Below, piece by piece: positions 20,217-30,659 of a stretch of DNA of 64,000 nt. A program made the translations under genes and the position numbers. The notes under the pieces are model-generated. The model was not told where the DNA came from. It worked only from the letters and a program-made list of their open reading frames with translations, and searched no databases. This DNA is from Vulcanimicrobiota bacterium (GTDB lineage Bacteria > Vulcanimicrobiota > Vulcanimicrobiia > Vulcanimicrobiales > Vulcanimicrobiaceae). Location: NCBI GenBank assembly GCA_963695225.1, contig OY968762.1, positions 2,432,001-2,496,000 of the forward strand, read 5' to 3'. How positions within the stretch are numbered: the stretch's first letter is position 1; the number at the start of each line of letters is the position of its first letter.

Positions 20217-21430
20217 GGATCGCGTACTTCGAACCGATCGGAGGCGCGAGCGGCAACATGCTGCTCGGCGCGCTGTGCGATGCCGGGGCGCACCTCGAAG
20301 ACGTGGTCGCGGCGCTGCGCACGATCCCCGTCGAGGGTTGGACGCTCGAGCGCAAACTCGTGCGCAAGCGCGGGATTGCGGCGAGCCACGTCGAGATCCT
20401 CGTCCCGGGTGAAGACGGCGCGCCCGCGCGCGACCACGCGCACGGGCCGGGTAACGGCGAACGCGCGCATGGCGGCCGGAGGCTCTCCGAAGTGCTCGCG
20501 CTCGTGCAGCGGAGCGGCTTGAGCGCGCGCCAGAAGGAACGGGCTTGCGCGATCTACACGCGGCTCGCCGATGCGGAAGCGCGCGTGCACGGCTCGACGG
20601 TCGAGAACGTTCACTTCCACGAAGTCGGTGAGGTCGATGCGATCCTCGACGTCGCTGCGGCCTGCGTCGCGCTGGACCTGCTCGGCATCGAGCGCGTCGC
20701 GTGCGCCGCGTTTCCGCTCGGCCGGGGCGCGATCAGGATGGAGCACGGACTCTACCCGAATCCGCCTCCCGCGACGGCCGAACTGTTGCGCTGGGTTCCG
20801 ACGTACTCCGCCGGGATCGACGGCGAGATGGTGACGACGACGGGCGCCGCGATCCTCACGACGCTCGCCGAGCGCGTCGGCGAGCGGCCGCCGATGATCG
20901 CGGAGCGCATCGGGTACGGTGCCGGGACGCTGGATTTCCCGATTCCGAACGTGCTTCGCGTTTCGATCGGCTCGACGGTCGGCGGCGGCGCTACCGAAGC
21001 AGTCGAAGTCGCCGTGCTGGAAGCGAACATCGACGACATGTCCCCGCAGTACTTCGAACTCGCGCTCGAGCGCGTCTTCGCGGCGGGAGCGCTCGACGCG
21101 TGGCTGGCGCCCATCACGATGAAGAAATCCCGCCCGGGAATCGTCTTCTCCGTCCTCTGCGCTCCGGATCGTGAGACGGCGTGCGCCCGCGCGATGCTCG
21201 CGGAGACGACGACGATCGGCGTGCGGGCGCGCCGCGAACGTCGCTATACGCTGGCGCGAACGATCGAAGAACGGGAAACCTCGCTCGGCAAGGTTCGCGT
21301 AAAGATGGCACGGATCAACGGCACGACGCGCAGCACGCTGGAATACGAGGACGTCGTGCGGATCGCGCGCGAACTCTCGCGCCCGATCGGCGAAATCGCG
21401 GCCCGGCTCGAGCGGGAGATCGAGCGATGA
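20213..21430 (+). CDS. larC: Nickel pincer cofactor nickel insertase LarC
   Basis: GASGNMLLGAL, EARVHG, VHFHEVG, TTTGAA, GYGAG, PNVLR, EANIDDM, MKKSRPG, ETTTIGVR, EYEDV. Confidence 0.93.
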   Translation: MRIAYFEPIGGASGNMLLGALCDAGAHLEDVVAALRTIPVEGWTLERKLVRKRGIAASHVEILVPGEDGAPARDHAHGPGNGERAHGGRRLSEVLALVQRSGLSARQKERACAIYTRLADAEARVHGSTVENVHFHEVGEVDAILDVAAACVALDLLGIERVACAAFPLGRGAIRMEHGLYPNPPPATAELLRWVPTYSAGIDGEMVTTTGAAILTTLAERVGERPPMIAERIGYGAGTLDFPIPNVLRVSIGSTVGGGATEAVEVAVLEANIDDMSPQYFELALERVFAAGALDAWLAPITMKKSRPGIVFSVLCAPDRETACARAMLAETTTIGVRARRERRYTLARTIEERETSLGKVRVKMARINGTTRSTLEYEDVVRIARELSRPIGEIAARLEREIER

Positions 21431-22248
21431 TCGAAGCCGTCTCGCTCGAGGCAAGGGAGGCGCACTTGCGCGCGCTCGTGCGCTCGCTCGAAAGCTGCAT
21501 CGTCGCGTTCTCGGGCGGGATCGACTCCGCGCTCGTATTGACCGTCGCGACGCAAGAGCTCGGCGAGCGTTCGTGGGGGATCACGGCGCGTTCCGAAAGC
21601 CTCGCGGAACGCGAATACGAAGGCGCGCTCGCGTTCGCGGAAACGATCGAAGCGCAGCATGAAGTGCTGGAAACGCACGAGCTCGACGATCCCTCCTACG
21701 CGGCGAATCCGGCGGACCGCTGCTATCACTGCAAGCGCGAACTCTACGGGCGGCTCGCCGGAATCGCGCGCGAGAGGGGTGCGCGTTGGATCGTCGACGG
21801 TTTCAATCTCGACGACCGCAACGATTGGCGCCCCGGCCGCCGGGCCGCCGCCGAATTCGGCGTCCGCAGCCCGCTCGCCGAAAGCGGGTTCACCAAGAGC
21901 GACGTGCGCGCGCTCTCGAAACGCCTCGGCCTCGATATCTGGGACAAGCCTGCGCTGGCTTGCCTCTCCTCGCGCTTCCCATACGGGACCCCGATCACGC
22001 TCGAACTCCTGCGCCGGGTCGACCTGGCGGAGCAGGCCGTGCACGATGCGGGACTTCGCGTCTGCCGCGTTCGCCATCACGGCGAGGTCGCGCGGATCGA
22101 GATCCCGTTGGAGGATCTCGAGTTCGCGCTCCGCCCCGAGGTGCGCGCCGCCGTCGTCGCCGGCGTGAAGGCGGCGGGGTACCGTTTCGTCGCGCTGGAT
22201 TTGGGCGGATACGTCCCGGGGAACTTGAATACGAAACTCCATGGCTGA
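21427..22248 (+). CDS. larE: Nickel pincer cofactor sulfur transferase LarE
   Basis: PP-loop AFSGGIDS, NPADRCYHCK, RPG, ACLSSRFPYG, RVRHHG. Confidence 0.93.
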   Translation: MIEAVSLEAREAHLRALVRSLESCIVAFSGGIDSALVLTVATQELGERSWGITARSESLAEREYEGALAFAETIEAQHEVLETHELDDPSYAANPADRCYHCKRELYGRLAGIARERGARWIVDGFNLDDRNDWRPGRRAAAEFGVRSPLAESGFTKSDVRALSKRLGLDIWDKPALACLSSRFPYGTPITLELLRRVDLAEQAVHDAGLRVCRVRHHGEVARIEIPLEDLEFALRPEVRAAVVAGVKAAGYRFVALDLGGYVPGNLNTKLHG

Positions 22249-22903
22249 AGAGATGCTGACCCGCCCCCCGTACGCGAACGGCTCGACGGGGATGCCGCCG
22301 CAACCGGCCGAGGAAGCCGCCGACGATTGGCGCGATGCGGTGTTCGCGAATCGGGGAACGCTGCTCGCGTTGCCGGCCGTCGCGCTGGCCGCGTTCGGAA
22401 AGCCGAGCGCGTTCTCGATCGCGACGGGGGTGCCGCTCGCGTTCGCCGGCGAGTTCCTGCGCTGCTGGGCCGTCGGCTACTCGGGCGTCACGACGCGCAG
22501 CGACCGCGTGACGGCGCCCGCGCTCACGACGGCGGGCCCGTACGCACACGTCCGCAATCCGCTGTATCTCGGGAATTTCCTGACGGCCGCCGGCTTCTCG
22601 CTCGCGTTCACGGGAAAGGTCTCGGCGCGCAAGCGGGCCGCGCTGATCGCGCTCGGGCTCGGCTCGATGGCGGCGATCTACGCGACGATCATCCCGCTCG
22701 AAGAAGCGTATCTGCGCAAGACGTTCGGGGCCGCGTTCGACGAGTACGTCCAGCGCGTGCCGCAGATCGTCCCGCAACTCGAAGCCGCGGAACCCCAGCG
22801 CGGCACGTACGATCCGGCCGTGATCGCGAAGGCGGAGACGAGCACGTTCGCCACGTTCTCCGGCATGCTCGCGGTGCTCGCGTTGAAGGCGTTGCGCGCA
22901 TAG
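22241..22903 (+). CDS. Isoprenylcysteine carboxylmethyltransferase/PEMT-family membrane methyltransferase
   Basis: LTTAGPYAHVRNPLYLG, EEAYL...FG..FDEY..RVP. Confidence 0.85.
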   Translation: MAEEMLTRPPYANGSTGMPPQPAEEAADDWRDAVFANRGTLLALPAVALAAFGKPSAFSIATGVPLAFAGEFLRCWAVGYSGVTTRSDRVTAPALTTAGPYAHVRNPLYLGNFLTAAGFSLAFTGKVSARKRAALIALGLGSMAAIYATIIPLEEAYLRKTFGAAFDEYVQRVPQIVPQLEAAEPQRGTYDPAVIAKAETSTFATFSGMLAVLALKALRA

Positions 22904-22910
22904 GGTCCGC

Positions 22911-23852
22911 ATGATCCACGACGGCGCCCACGCGTTTGCACACGATCGGGGCGATCGTCACGATCCCATGTCGAATCCGCAGCGGCTGCGGATCGCACTC
23001 GCGCTGACGGTCGGCGTCGCGCTCCTCGAGCTAGGCGGCGGGTTCTTCGCGCACAGCCTCGCGCTGCTCGCGGACTCGGCGCACGTGTTCATGGATGCCG
23101 TCGCGCTCGTGATCGCGCTCGTCGCCGGCGCGCAGGCGCTGCGCCCCGCGACGGAATTGCGCACGTTCGGCTACGCGCGTTTCGAGATTCTCGCCGCGCT
23201 CGCGAACGGGAGCCTGCTCTTCGCCGTGACGATCTTGATCGCGCTCGAAGCCGTACACCGCCTCGCCGCGCCGGAACTCCCCAAGGGCGGCGTGATGCTC
23301 GGGGTGGCGGCCGTCGGCGCGGCCGTCAACATCGGGATCGGCCTCTCGCTCGCGCGTGCCGCGGCGCACGATCTCAACATGAAGGCGGCACTTTTCCACG
23401 TCGCGAGCGACGCCGTCGGCGCGCTCGCCGTCATGCTCGGCGCCGCCGCCGTCCTCACGTTCCGGATCGCCTGGATCGACCCGGTGCTCTCGCTTCTGGT
23501 CGCGGGGATCATCGTCGTCGGGGTCGTGCGGATCGTGCGAGAAGCGAGCGACGTCCTGCTGGAGAGCGCGCCGGAGCACGCGCGCATCCCGGCCGTCGCC
23601 GAGCGGATCCTGGCCGTCGCGGGCGTCGTCGGCGTTCACGACTTGCACGTCTGGACGATCGGGAGCGGGGCGCACGCGCTCTCCGCGCACGTGCTCCTCC
23701 CCGATTCCCGGATCAGCGAGGCGACCGGGATCCTCCGTGAGATCGACGGCGCGATGCGGGAGGAGTTCGCGATCTCCCACGTGACGATCCAATTCGAGTG
23801 CGAATCCTGCGCCGACGACGCGAAAGTCGTCTGCACGCAACTCGCCCGGTGA
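22911..23852 (+). CDS. Cation diffusion facilitator (CzcD/ZitB-like)
   Basis: SLALLADSAHVFMD, TFGYARFE, HVASD, VHDLHVW, HVTIQ; His-containing N-terminus. Confidence 0.93.
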   Translation: MIHDGAHAFAHDRGDRHDPMSNPQRLRIALALTVGVALLELGGGFFAHSLALLADSAHVFMDAVALVIALVAGAQALRPATELRTFGYARFEILAALANGSLLFAVTILIALEAVHRLAAPELPKGGVMLGVAAVGAAVNIGIGLSLARAAAHDLNMKAALFHVASDAVGALAVMLGAAAVLTFRIAWIDPVLSLLVAGIIVVGVVRIVREASDVLLESAPEHARIPAVAERILAVAGVVGVHDLHVWTIGSGAHALSAHVLLPDSRISEATGILREIDGAMREEFAISHVTIQFECESCADDAKVVCTQLAR

Positions 23853-23902
23853 CGCTCCGAGGGGAGCATTGCGGAAGCGGAGGTTGACCACATTGGTACG
23901 AT

Positions 23903-24091
23903 GTGAAATACCGAGACATCGTCAAACTGATCGAGCGCGACGGCTGGCGCCTTCGCCGCGAGAGCGGCTCACATAGGCACTACGACCACCCGACGAAACC
24001 GGGGATCGTCACCATCGCCCCCCATGGCATGAACGCCGACGTTCCACCCCGCACGTTGAACTCGATTCTGAGGCAGGCAGGTTTGAAGTGA
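23903..24091 (+). CDS. hicA: HicA-family toxin
   Basis: LIERDGW...SGSHRHY.HP...VTI.PH...TLNSILRQAGL. Confidence 0.9.
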   Translation: MKYRDIVKLIERDGWRLRRESGSHRHYDHPTKPGIVTIAPHGMNADVPPRTLNSILRQAGLK

Positions 24092-24303
24092 AAGACTATC
24101 TCGCAATCCTCGAGCATGCCGGCGACGGGACGTGGAGCGCCTACGTCCCGGACCTTCCCGGATGCACGAGCTTCGGACCCACGCGCGAAGAGGTTGCACG
24201 GAACGTGCGCGAGGCCGTGGCCGGCCACGTTGCCGCGCTGCGCGAAACCGGACAGCCGGTGCCGGAACCCACGTCGCTTCCCGAGGTCGTACACCTAGCC
24301 TGA
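24088..24303 (+). CDS. hicB: HicB-family antitoxin (short form)
   Basis: AYVPDLPGCTSFGPTREE...EAV...LRETGQPVPEP; GTGA overlap with hicA. Confidence 0.9.
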   Translation: MKDYLAILEHAGDGTWSAYVPDLPGCTSFGPTREEVARNVREAVAGHVAALRETGQPVPEPTSLPEVVHLA

Positions 24304-24355
24304 GCCGGACGCGCGCCGAGGGGGCGCAAGAAGCTCCCCGGAATAGCCGCCTATC

Positions 24356-25693
24356 ATGAAATCCACCGCCGTCGTCCTCGCCACCGCCCGCACCCCGTTC
24401 GGCCGCCTGGGAGGCGCGCTCGTCTCGCTCCCGGCGACGACGCTCGGAGGCGAAGCGATCCGCGCCGCGGTCGAGCGCTCGAAGATCGACCCCGCCGACG
24501 TCGATCACGCGATCGTCGGGCACGTGCTGCAGGGCGGGACGGGGCAGTCGCCCTCGCGCCAAGCGATGCTCAAGGCCGGCCTTGCGAAGACGACGACGTT
24601 CGAGACCGTCAACAAAGTCTGCGCCTCGGGCATGCTCGCCGTCGCGCACGGCGCCCGTCTGATCTCGGACGGCGACGCGGCGGTCGTCGTTTCCGGCGGG
24701 ATGGAATCCATGTCGAACGCGCCGTACGTCGCGCTCGGCGCGCGCTTCGGCTACCGCTTCGGCGACGGCGTCCTCATCGACATGATGGTCAACGACGGCC
24801 TCCTCGATCCGTACTCCGGCTTGACGATGGCCTCCGGTACCGCGAAGGTGAACGCCGAGCTCGGCATCACGCGCGAGGTGCAGGACGAGTTCGCCTACGA
24901 ATCCCAGATGCGCGCGCAGCGCGCGACGGAGAGCGGCGAACTCGGCGAGGAAATCGTCCCCTTGCGAATCGCGAAGAAGGGCAAAGGGAAGCTCGTCGTC
25001 GACGCGCTCCCGTCGCCGGCGCGTGCGCGAATTCCCGCGCATGCGGGCGGCAACGGCTCCCCGACGATGTGGGATCACGTGACGCCCGCCGAGATGCTCC
25101 CCGATCCCAAGCGTTTCTCTCCGTACGTGACGGGCGACGTGCCGTTCACGCTCGTCGACCGCGACGAGCCGATCCGCGGTGACGCCTCGCTCGAAGCGAT
25201 GCGTAAACTCGGGCCGCTCGATCCGGGTGGAACGGTGACCGCCGCAAACGCGCCGGGCGTGAACGACGGTGCGGCCGCGCTCGTGCTGGCGAGCGCCGAG
25301 TACGCTCGTTCGCACGGCTACGAGGCGCTCGGCACGATCGTCGATCACGCCTGCGCCTCATGGGATCCCGCCTACCTCCAACTCGTCCCGGCGATGGCCG
25401 CCGACAAGCTGCTCGCACGCAACGGACTGTCGGCCTCGCAGATCGACGTCTGGGAAGTGAACGAAGCCTTCGCCGCCGTCGCCTGGAGCACGGCCGTGCG
25501 CCTGGGGATCGATCCCAAGAAGATCAATCTCCTAGGCGGCGCGGTCGCACTCGGCCACCCGCTCGGCGCCTCCGGCGCCCGCATCGTTGCCTCGGTCGTC
25601 CATCAACTCCGCCGCCGCGGCGGCGGTTACGGCGTCGCCGCGATCTGCTCGGGTGGCGGGCAGGGCGACGCGCTCCTCGTCAAAGTCGGCTAA
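24356..25693 (+). CDS. Acetyl-CoA C-acyltransferase (thiolase) with internal insertion
   Basis: RTPFG, NKVCASG, GGMESMS, NDGAAA, NEAFA, GHPLGASG, ICSGGG. Confidence 0.95.
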   Translation: MKSTAVVLATARTPFGRLGGALVSLPATTLGGEAIRAAVERSKIDPADVDHAIVGHVLQGGTGQSPSRQAMLKAGLAKTTTFETVNKVCASGMLAVAHGARLISDGDAAVVVSGGMESMSNAPYVALGARFGYRFGDGVLIDMMVNDGLLDPYSGLTMASGTAKVNAELGITREVQDEFAYESQMRAQRATESGELGEEIVPLRIAKKGKGKLVVDALPSPARARIPAHAGGNGSPTMWDHVTPAEMLPDPKRFSPYVTGDVPFTLVDRDEPIRGDASLEAMRKLGPLDPGGTVTAANAPGVNDGAAALVLASAEYARSHGYEALGTIVDHACASWDPAYLQLVPAMAADKLLARNGLSASQIDVWEVNEAFAAVAWSTAVRLGIDPKKINLLGGAVALGHPLGASGARIVASVVHQLRRRGGGYGVAAICSGGGQGDALLVKVG

Positions 25694-25764
25694 CTTCCTC
25701 GGCCATCCGCCCGAGCCGAGCGCACGTGCGGACGCCGCGTCATGCATAGAAAGAAGTTTCGCTC

Positions 25765-26631
25765 GTGAAAGTGCTCGTCATCGGTGCCGGCCAAATGGGC
25801 TCCGGCATCGCGCAGGTCGCCGCGCAAGCCGGGAATACCGTGCTGCTCAACGACATCAGCTCCGAGTTCATCGACAAAGGCCTCGGCGTCATCAAGAAGA
25901 ACCTCGCGCGCTCCGTCGACAAGGGCAAACTCGGCGCCGACGAGATGGCGGAGATCCTCGGCCGCATCACCCCGCGCCCCGAACTTGCCGGCGAGTTCGA
26001 CGTCGACATCTCGATCGAGGCCGCGACGGAGAACCTCCCGATCAAGCTCGCGCTCTTCAAGAAGCTCGACGCCCTCCTCCCCGCGGACGCAATCCTCGCC
26101 AGCAACACGTCGTCGATCTCGATCACGAAGCTCGGCGGCGCGACGAAGCGCCCCGACAAAGTGATCGGGATGCACTACTTCAACCCCGTCCCCGTGATGA
26201 AGCTGGTCGAAGTGATCCGCGGCATCGCGACCTCGCAAGACACGTTCGATTCCGTCAAAGAACTCGCGCTCGAGCACGGCAAGACCCCGGTGGAAGTCAA
26301 CGACCTCCCCGGCTTCGCCGCGAACCGCATCCTTTGCCCGATGCTGAACGAAGCGATGTTCGCGCTCTACGAGGGCACCGCGTCCGTCGAAGCGATCGAC
26401 ACCGTGATGGTCCTCGGCATGAACCACCCGATGGGCCCGCTCACGCTCGCCGATTTCATCGGCCTCGACACGATCCTCGCGATCATGGAAGTCTTGTACG
26501 AAGGCTACGGCGACCCGAAATACCGCCCGTGCCCGCTCCTCCGTCTCTACGTCGACGCCGGCTGGCTCGGCCGCAAGACCAAGCGCGGGTTCTACGACTA
26601 CACCGGCGAGAAGCCGGTCCCGACGCGCTGA
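25765..26631 (+). CDS. hbd: 3-hydroxybutyryl-CoA dehydrogenase
   Basis: GAGQMGSGIA, EAATEN, SNTSSISI, GMHYFNP, NHPMGP, GRKTKRGFY. Confidence 0.95.
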   Translation: MKVLVIGAGQMGSGIAQVAAQAGNTVLLNDISSEFIDKGLGVIKKNLARSVDKGKLGADEMAEILGRITPRPELAGEFDVDISIEAATENLPIKLALFKKLDALLPADAILASNTSSISITKLGGATKRPDKVIGMHYFNPVPVMKLVEVIRGIATSQDTFDSVKELALEHGKTPVEVNDLPGFAANRILCPMLNEAMFALYEGTASVEAIDTVMVLGMNHPMGPLTLADFIGLDTILAIMEVLYEGYGDPKYRPCPLLRLYVDAGWLGRKTKRGFYDYTGEKPVPTR

Positions 26632-26665
26632 CGGCTAGCGGTTTACGGCGAGCGCTTCACGGCTA

Positions 26666-26900
26666 GCGGCGGCGGGCGGGGCGCCGACATTCCCCGTCGG
26701 GGACGCCCGCGATTTCGCCCACCCCACGATGCTAACGCATCGTGGGGACCCCGGGGCAGTTGAAAAGGCGCTGCGCCTGCGGCTCCGCGCCCCCCACACG
26801 CAAAGCGCGTGGGGCCCCCACGAATTCCCGCCATCCATGGCTCCGCGGGCAAGCTGGAGGCCCCGCCGGGAAACGTCGACGCCCCGCCCGCCGCCACCCG
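26666..26900 (+). repeat. Structured palindromic intergenic repeat, copy 2 (long form)
   Basis: Near-identical to copy 1 over ACCCCACGATGCTAACGCATCG..GGGCAGTTGAAAAGGCGCT..CTCCGCGGGCAAGCTG. Confidence 0.85.
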
Positions 26901-27000
26901 GTGGCGAGCCGGGGCGCCATTGTCTGCGTCTTTGCCGTTCGAGATTCCCCGCGGCAGTCGGCTTCAAAGGCGACGCGGCTCGCGCTACCGCGCTAGCCTC

Positions 27001-27170
27001 CAGGTAGCGGTGGTCGGGGCGCCGACGTTCTCCCGCGGGGCCTCCAGCTTTCCCGCGGAGCCATGGATGGCGGGAGCGGGAAAGTGGAGGAGTAGCGATT
27101 TCGCATGGATGCGAAATCGCGGGCGTCCCCGCGGGGGAATGTCGGCGCCCCGGCCGCCGCAGCCAGCCGT
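27001..27170 (-). repeat. Structured palindromic intergenic repeat, copy 3 (short form, inverted relative to copy 2)
   Basis: CAGGTAGCGG end; perfect hairpin GCGATTTCGCAT-GG-ATGCGAAATCGC; CCCGCGGAGCC..GGATGGCGGGA. Confidence 0.85.
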
Positions 27171-27235
27171 AAAGCGCTAACCGCGATCAACATCGAAGCC
27201 CCCTTCCAACCGCAAGCACAGACTTGGAGCGACCG

Positions 27236-28399
27236 ATGATCGATACCCGGAATTATAGCCAGTTCGCGATTACCGACGAGCAGCGCGAGATTGGGAACTT
27301 GGCGCGCGAGATTGCGGAGGGCGAGATCGCGGCGCATATCGCGAAGTGGGATCGCGAGCATACGTTTCCGCGCGAGTTGTACGGCAAGCTGAACGACGCC
27401 GGGCTCATGGGGATCACGATCGCGGAGAAGTACGACGGCGTCGGGGCGGATTACGTGTCGTACGTGCTCGCGATCGAGGAGTTCGCGCGCGTCGATGCGG
27501 GGACGGCGGTGACGCTCTCGGTGCATTCGATGATCGGGTCGGCGCTGGAGCGGCTCGGGAGCGAGGCGCAGAAGCAAGAGTACTTGCCGCGCCTCGCGGC
27601 GGGGAACGTGATCGCCGGGTTCGCGCTGACGGAATCGGATGCCGGTTCCGATGCGGGAAGCTTGCGGGCGACGGCGACGCGCGAAGCGGACGAATACGTG
27701 CTGCGCGGACGCAAGCAGTGGTGCACGAACGGCAGCTACTGCGGGGTGATGCTCGGTATGTTCCGGACGGGCGGGCCGGGTCCGAAGGGGATCAGCTCGT
27801 TCTTGATCGAGAATCCGCTCCCCGGGCTCGTCGTCGAGAAGGTGACGGACAAGCTCGGAATTCACACGAGCAACACGTGCGATCTCGCGTTCGACGACGT
27901 GCGCGTTCCGGCATCGGCGCTCGTGGGGAACGAGGGCGAGGGCTTCTCGAAGGCGATGCAGGCGCTCGCGGGCGGGCGCATCGGGATTGCGGCGCAGGCG
28001 GTCGGGATCTTGGCGGCGTGCCTCGATGCGTCGGTGAAGTTCGCGAAGGAACGCACGGCGTTCGGGAAGCCGATCGGGGCCTTCGAGGGGATATCGTTCA
28101 AGATCGCGCAGATGGCGACCGATCTCGACGCTGCGCGATTGCTCGTCTACCGTGCGGCGGCGCTGTGCGACCGCGGAGAGCCGTTCGTGATCGAAGCGAG
28201 CAAAGCGAAGCTGTTCGCATCGACCGCGGCGCGCAAGCATGCGGCCGAAGCGGTGCAGATTCACGGCGGATACGGGTACACGACGGAGTTCCCCGTCGAG
28301 CGCTACTACCGCGATGCGAAGATCACCGAGATCTACGAGGGGACCTCGGAGATCCAACAGATCATCATCGCGCGCTCGCTGCTGGGGCGTCTCGAGTGA
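27236..28399 (+). CDS. Acyl-CoA dehydrogenase
   Basis: FALTESDAGSD, GRKQWCTNG, GRIGIAAQAVG, AFGKPI, QIHGGYGY, EIYEGTSEIQ. Confidence 0.95.
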   Translation: MIDTRNYSQFAITDEQREIGNLAREIAEGEIAAHIAKWDREHTFPRELYGKLNDAGLMGITIAEKYDGVGADYVSYVLAIEEFARVDAGTAVTLSVHSMIGSALERLGSEAQKQEYLPRLAAGNVIAGFALTESDAGSDAGSLRATATREADEYVLRGRKQWCTNGSYCGVMLGMFRTGGPGPKGISSFLIENPLPGLVVEKVTDKLGIHTSNTCDLAFDDVRVPASALVGNEGEGFSKAMQALAGGRIGIAAQAVGILAACLDASVKFAKERTAFGKPIGAFEGISFKIAQMATDLDAARLLVYRAAALCDRGEPFVIEASKAKLFASTAARKHAAEAVQIHGGYGYTTEFPVERYYRDAKITEIYEGTSEIQQIIIARSLLGRLE

Positions 28400-28549
28400 G
28401 ATAGGCGGCGGGGCGAGCGCCGTCCGAGTCCGACGAACGTAGCACCGAGGGTTTCGCCTATCGTGGGCTAAGAACCGATTGCCACCACACCCGAACGGCC
28501 GGACGCTCCGCGACGGCCGTTCCGTTCGAATGAATGAGAGCCCGCGCGT

Positions 28550-29710
28550 ATGAAGTTGATGGAGTACCAGGGGAAAGAGCTGTTTCGCGCCGTCGGGATT
28601 CCGACGCCGCGCGGCGTGCACGCGACGAGCGCCGCCGAAGTGCGGGCGTTCATCGAGGCCAACCCGGGTTCGTGGGTGCTCAAGAGTCAAGTCATGATGG
28701 GCGGGCGCGGGAAGGCGGGCGGCATCAAGTTCGCCGATACGGCCGCCGAGGGCGAAGCGATCGCGAGCGAGCTGATCGGGAAGGTGCTCAAGAGCATCCA
28801 GAACCCCGCCGGCGAGGAAGTGAAATCGCTGCTCGTCGAGGAGAAGGTTGCGATCGTGAGCGAGGCTTACGTTTCGATCACGATCGATCGCTCGTCGAAG
28901 AAGCCCGTGATCATCGTGACCTCGCAGGGCGGGATGGACGTCGAGGAAGTCGCCGAGCACCATCCCGACGCGATCTCGAAGTACTGGGTCGATCCCGCGA
29001 TCGGGTTCTCGCCGTTCATGGCGCGCAGGCTCGCCTTCAGCTCGAAGCTTCCCGCCGGTTTCCATAAGGCGTTCCCGAAGATCGTCGGCTCGCTCTACAC
29101 GCTCTTCATGGAGTACGGCGCGAATCTCGTCGAGATCAACCCGCTCGCGCTGACGAAAGACGGCGCCGTGATCGCCTCCGATGCGAAGGTCGATCTCGAC
29201 GACAACGGGCTCTACAAGCATCCCGCGCTCAAGAAGTGGCAAGATAACGAACCGGCCGAAGGCGACGAAGCGGTCGCGCTCTCGGTGGGCCTCGGACGCA
29301 GCAACTACGCGAAGTTCACGGGCTCCGTCGGGACGATCGCGAACGGCGCGGGGCTCGCGATGGGGACGATGGACGCCGTCAAGAACGCCGGCGGCCAGGT
29401 GGCGAACTTCCTCGATATCGGGGGCGGGGCGCAGGCGGAACTCGTGCGCAAGTGCTACGCGCTCGTCGTCAGCGATCCGAACGTCAAATCGATGTTCATC
29501 AACATCTTCGGCGGCATCACGCGCGGCGATCAAGTCGCCAAGGGCATCGTCGAGGCGTTGGCCGGGAACGAACTGCGCAAGGTGCCGCTCGTCGTGCGTT
29601 TGACCGGAACGAACGAGAAGGAAGGCCGCGAGATCCTCGCCGCCGCGGGGATGAACCCCGTCGAAACGATGGACGAAGGCGCGCGGCGCGCCGTCGAACT
29701 CGCGAAGTAG
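28550..29710 (+). CDS. sucC: Succinyl-CoA synthetase beta subunit
   Basis: [50 protein letters not shown]. Confidence 0.96.
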   Translation: MKLMEYQGKELFRAVGIPTPRGVHATSAAEVRAFIEANPGSWVLKSQVMMGGRGKAGGIKFADTAAEGEAIASELIGKVLKSIQNPAGEEVKSLLVEEKVAIVSEAYVSITIDRSSKKPVIIVTSQGGMDVEEVAEHHPDAISKYWVDPAIGFSPFMARRLAFSSKLPAGFHKAFPKIVGSLYTLFMEYGANLVEINPLALTKDGAVIASDAKVDLDDNGLYKHPALKKWQDNEPAEGDEAVALSVGLGRSNYAKFTGSVGTIANGAGLAMGTMDAVKNAGGQVANFLDIGGGAQAELVRKCYALVVSDPNVKSMFINIFGGITRGDQVAKGIVEALAGNELRKVPLVVRLTGTNEKEGREILAAAGMNPVETMDEGARRAVELAK

Positions 29711-29732
29711 CAGCAGAGAAAGGCGCAGACTC

Positions 29733-30614
29733 GTGGCAATCTTCCTCGACAAGAACTCGAAGGTCATCGTCCAGGGCATCACCGGGCGCGAAGGGCTCTT
29801 CCACACGCAGCGCATGCTCGCGTACGGCACGAACATCGTCGGCGGCGTTACGCCCGGGAAGGGCGGCAGCACGATCGAGAGCGGGCAGCCGGTCTTCGAT
29901 ACCGTGGCGGATGCGGTCAAGGCGACCGGCGCGACGCACACGGTCATCTTCGTCCCACCGGCGTTCGCCTCCGATGCGCTCTACGAAGCGTACGATGCAG
30001 GCATCGCGCTCGCGGTCTGCATCACCGAGGGGATTCCGGCGCACGACATGCTGCGCGTCGTCGCGACGACGCCCGGGATGCGCATCGTCGGGCCGAATTG
30101 CCCGGGCCTGATCTCGCCCGGAAAGTCCCTGATCGGCATCATGCCGGGGCACATCTTCAAGGAGGGGCGGATCGGGATGATCTCGCGCTCAGGGACGCTG
30201 ACCTACGAGATCGTCGACGGCCTCACGAAGGCCGGGCTCGGCCAGTCGACGTGCGTGGGGATCGGCGGCGACCCGATCATCGGGACCACGTTCGTCGATT
30301 GCCTGCGCGCCTTCGCCAACGACCCGGAGACCGACGCGGTCGTAGTCTGCGGCGAGATCGGCGGGTCCGATGAAGAGGATGCGGCCGCATTCATCAAGGC
30401 ACATTTGCCGGATAAACCGGCGGTCGCATTCATCGGAGGCCGGTCCGCGCCGGAAGGCAAGAGGCTCGGCCACGCAGGCGCGATCATCTCCGGGAAGACG
30501 GGGACGCCGCAAAGCAAGGTCGATGCGTTCAACGATGCGGGCGTTCCCGTCGCGGACCGGCCTTCCCAGATCCCGCAACTGTTGCAGCAGCGGTTGGCGA
30601 CGGCGCGCACGTAA
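29733..30614 (+). CDS. sucD: Succinyl-CoA synthetase alpha subunit
   Basis: [31 protein letters not shown] phosphohistidine. Confidence 0.96.
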   Translation: MAIFLDKNSKVIVQGITGREGLFHTQRMLAYGTNIVGGVTPGKGGSTIESGQPVFDTVADAVKATGATHTVIFVPPAFASDALYEAYDAGIALAVCITEGIPAHDMLRVVATTPGMRIVGPNCPGLISPGKSLIGIMPGHIFKEGRIGMISRSGTLTYEIVDGLTKAGLGQSTCVGIGGDPIIGTTFVDCLRAFANDPETDAVVVCGEIGGSDEEDAAAFIKAHLPDKPAVAFIGGRSAPEGKRLGHAGAIISGKTGTPQSKVDAFNDAGVPVADRPSQIPQLLQQRLATART

Positions 30615-30659
30615 CGGCGCGACGGAGGCCTTTCGTCGCGGGCGCGCGTACCTGAGGGC

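Noticed and set aside
23860..24340. hicAB as part of a mobile element or prophage
   Set aside because: There is no integrase, transposase, att site or flanking direct repeat visible.
28400..28540. Inverted repeats upstream of sucC (GATAGGCG/CGCCTATC; GAACGGCCG/CGGCCGTTC)
   Set aside because: They are short stems expected by chance at this GC content, single copy, with no recognisable RNA motif.
26993..29947. Very long antisense or alternate-frame ORFs (e.g. 984 aa at 26993-29947, 801 aa at 43599-46004, 728 aa at 53177-55363, 692 aa at 10055-12133)
   Set aside because: They are shadow ORFs of real genes in high-GC DNA: Arg/Ala/Pro-rich, with no family motifs.
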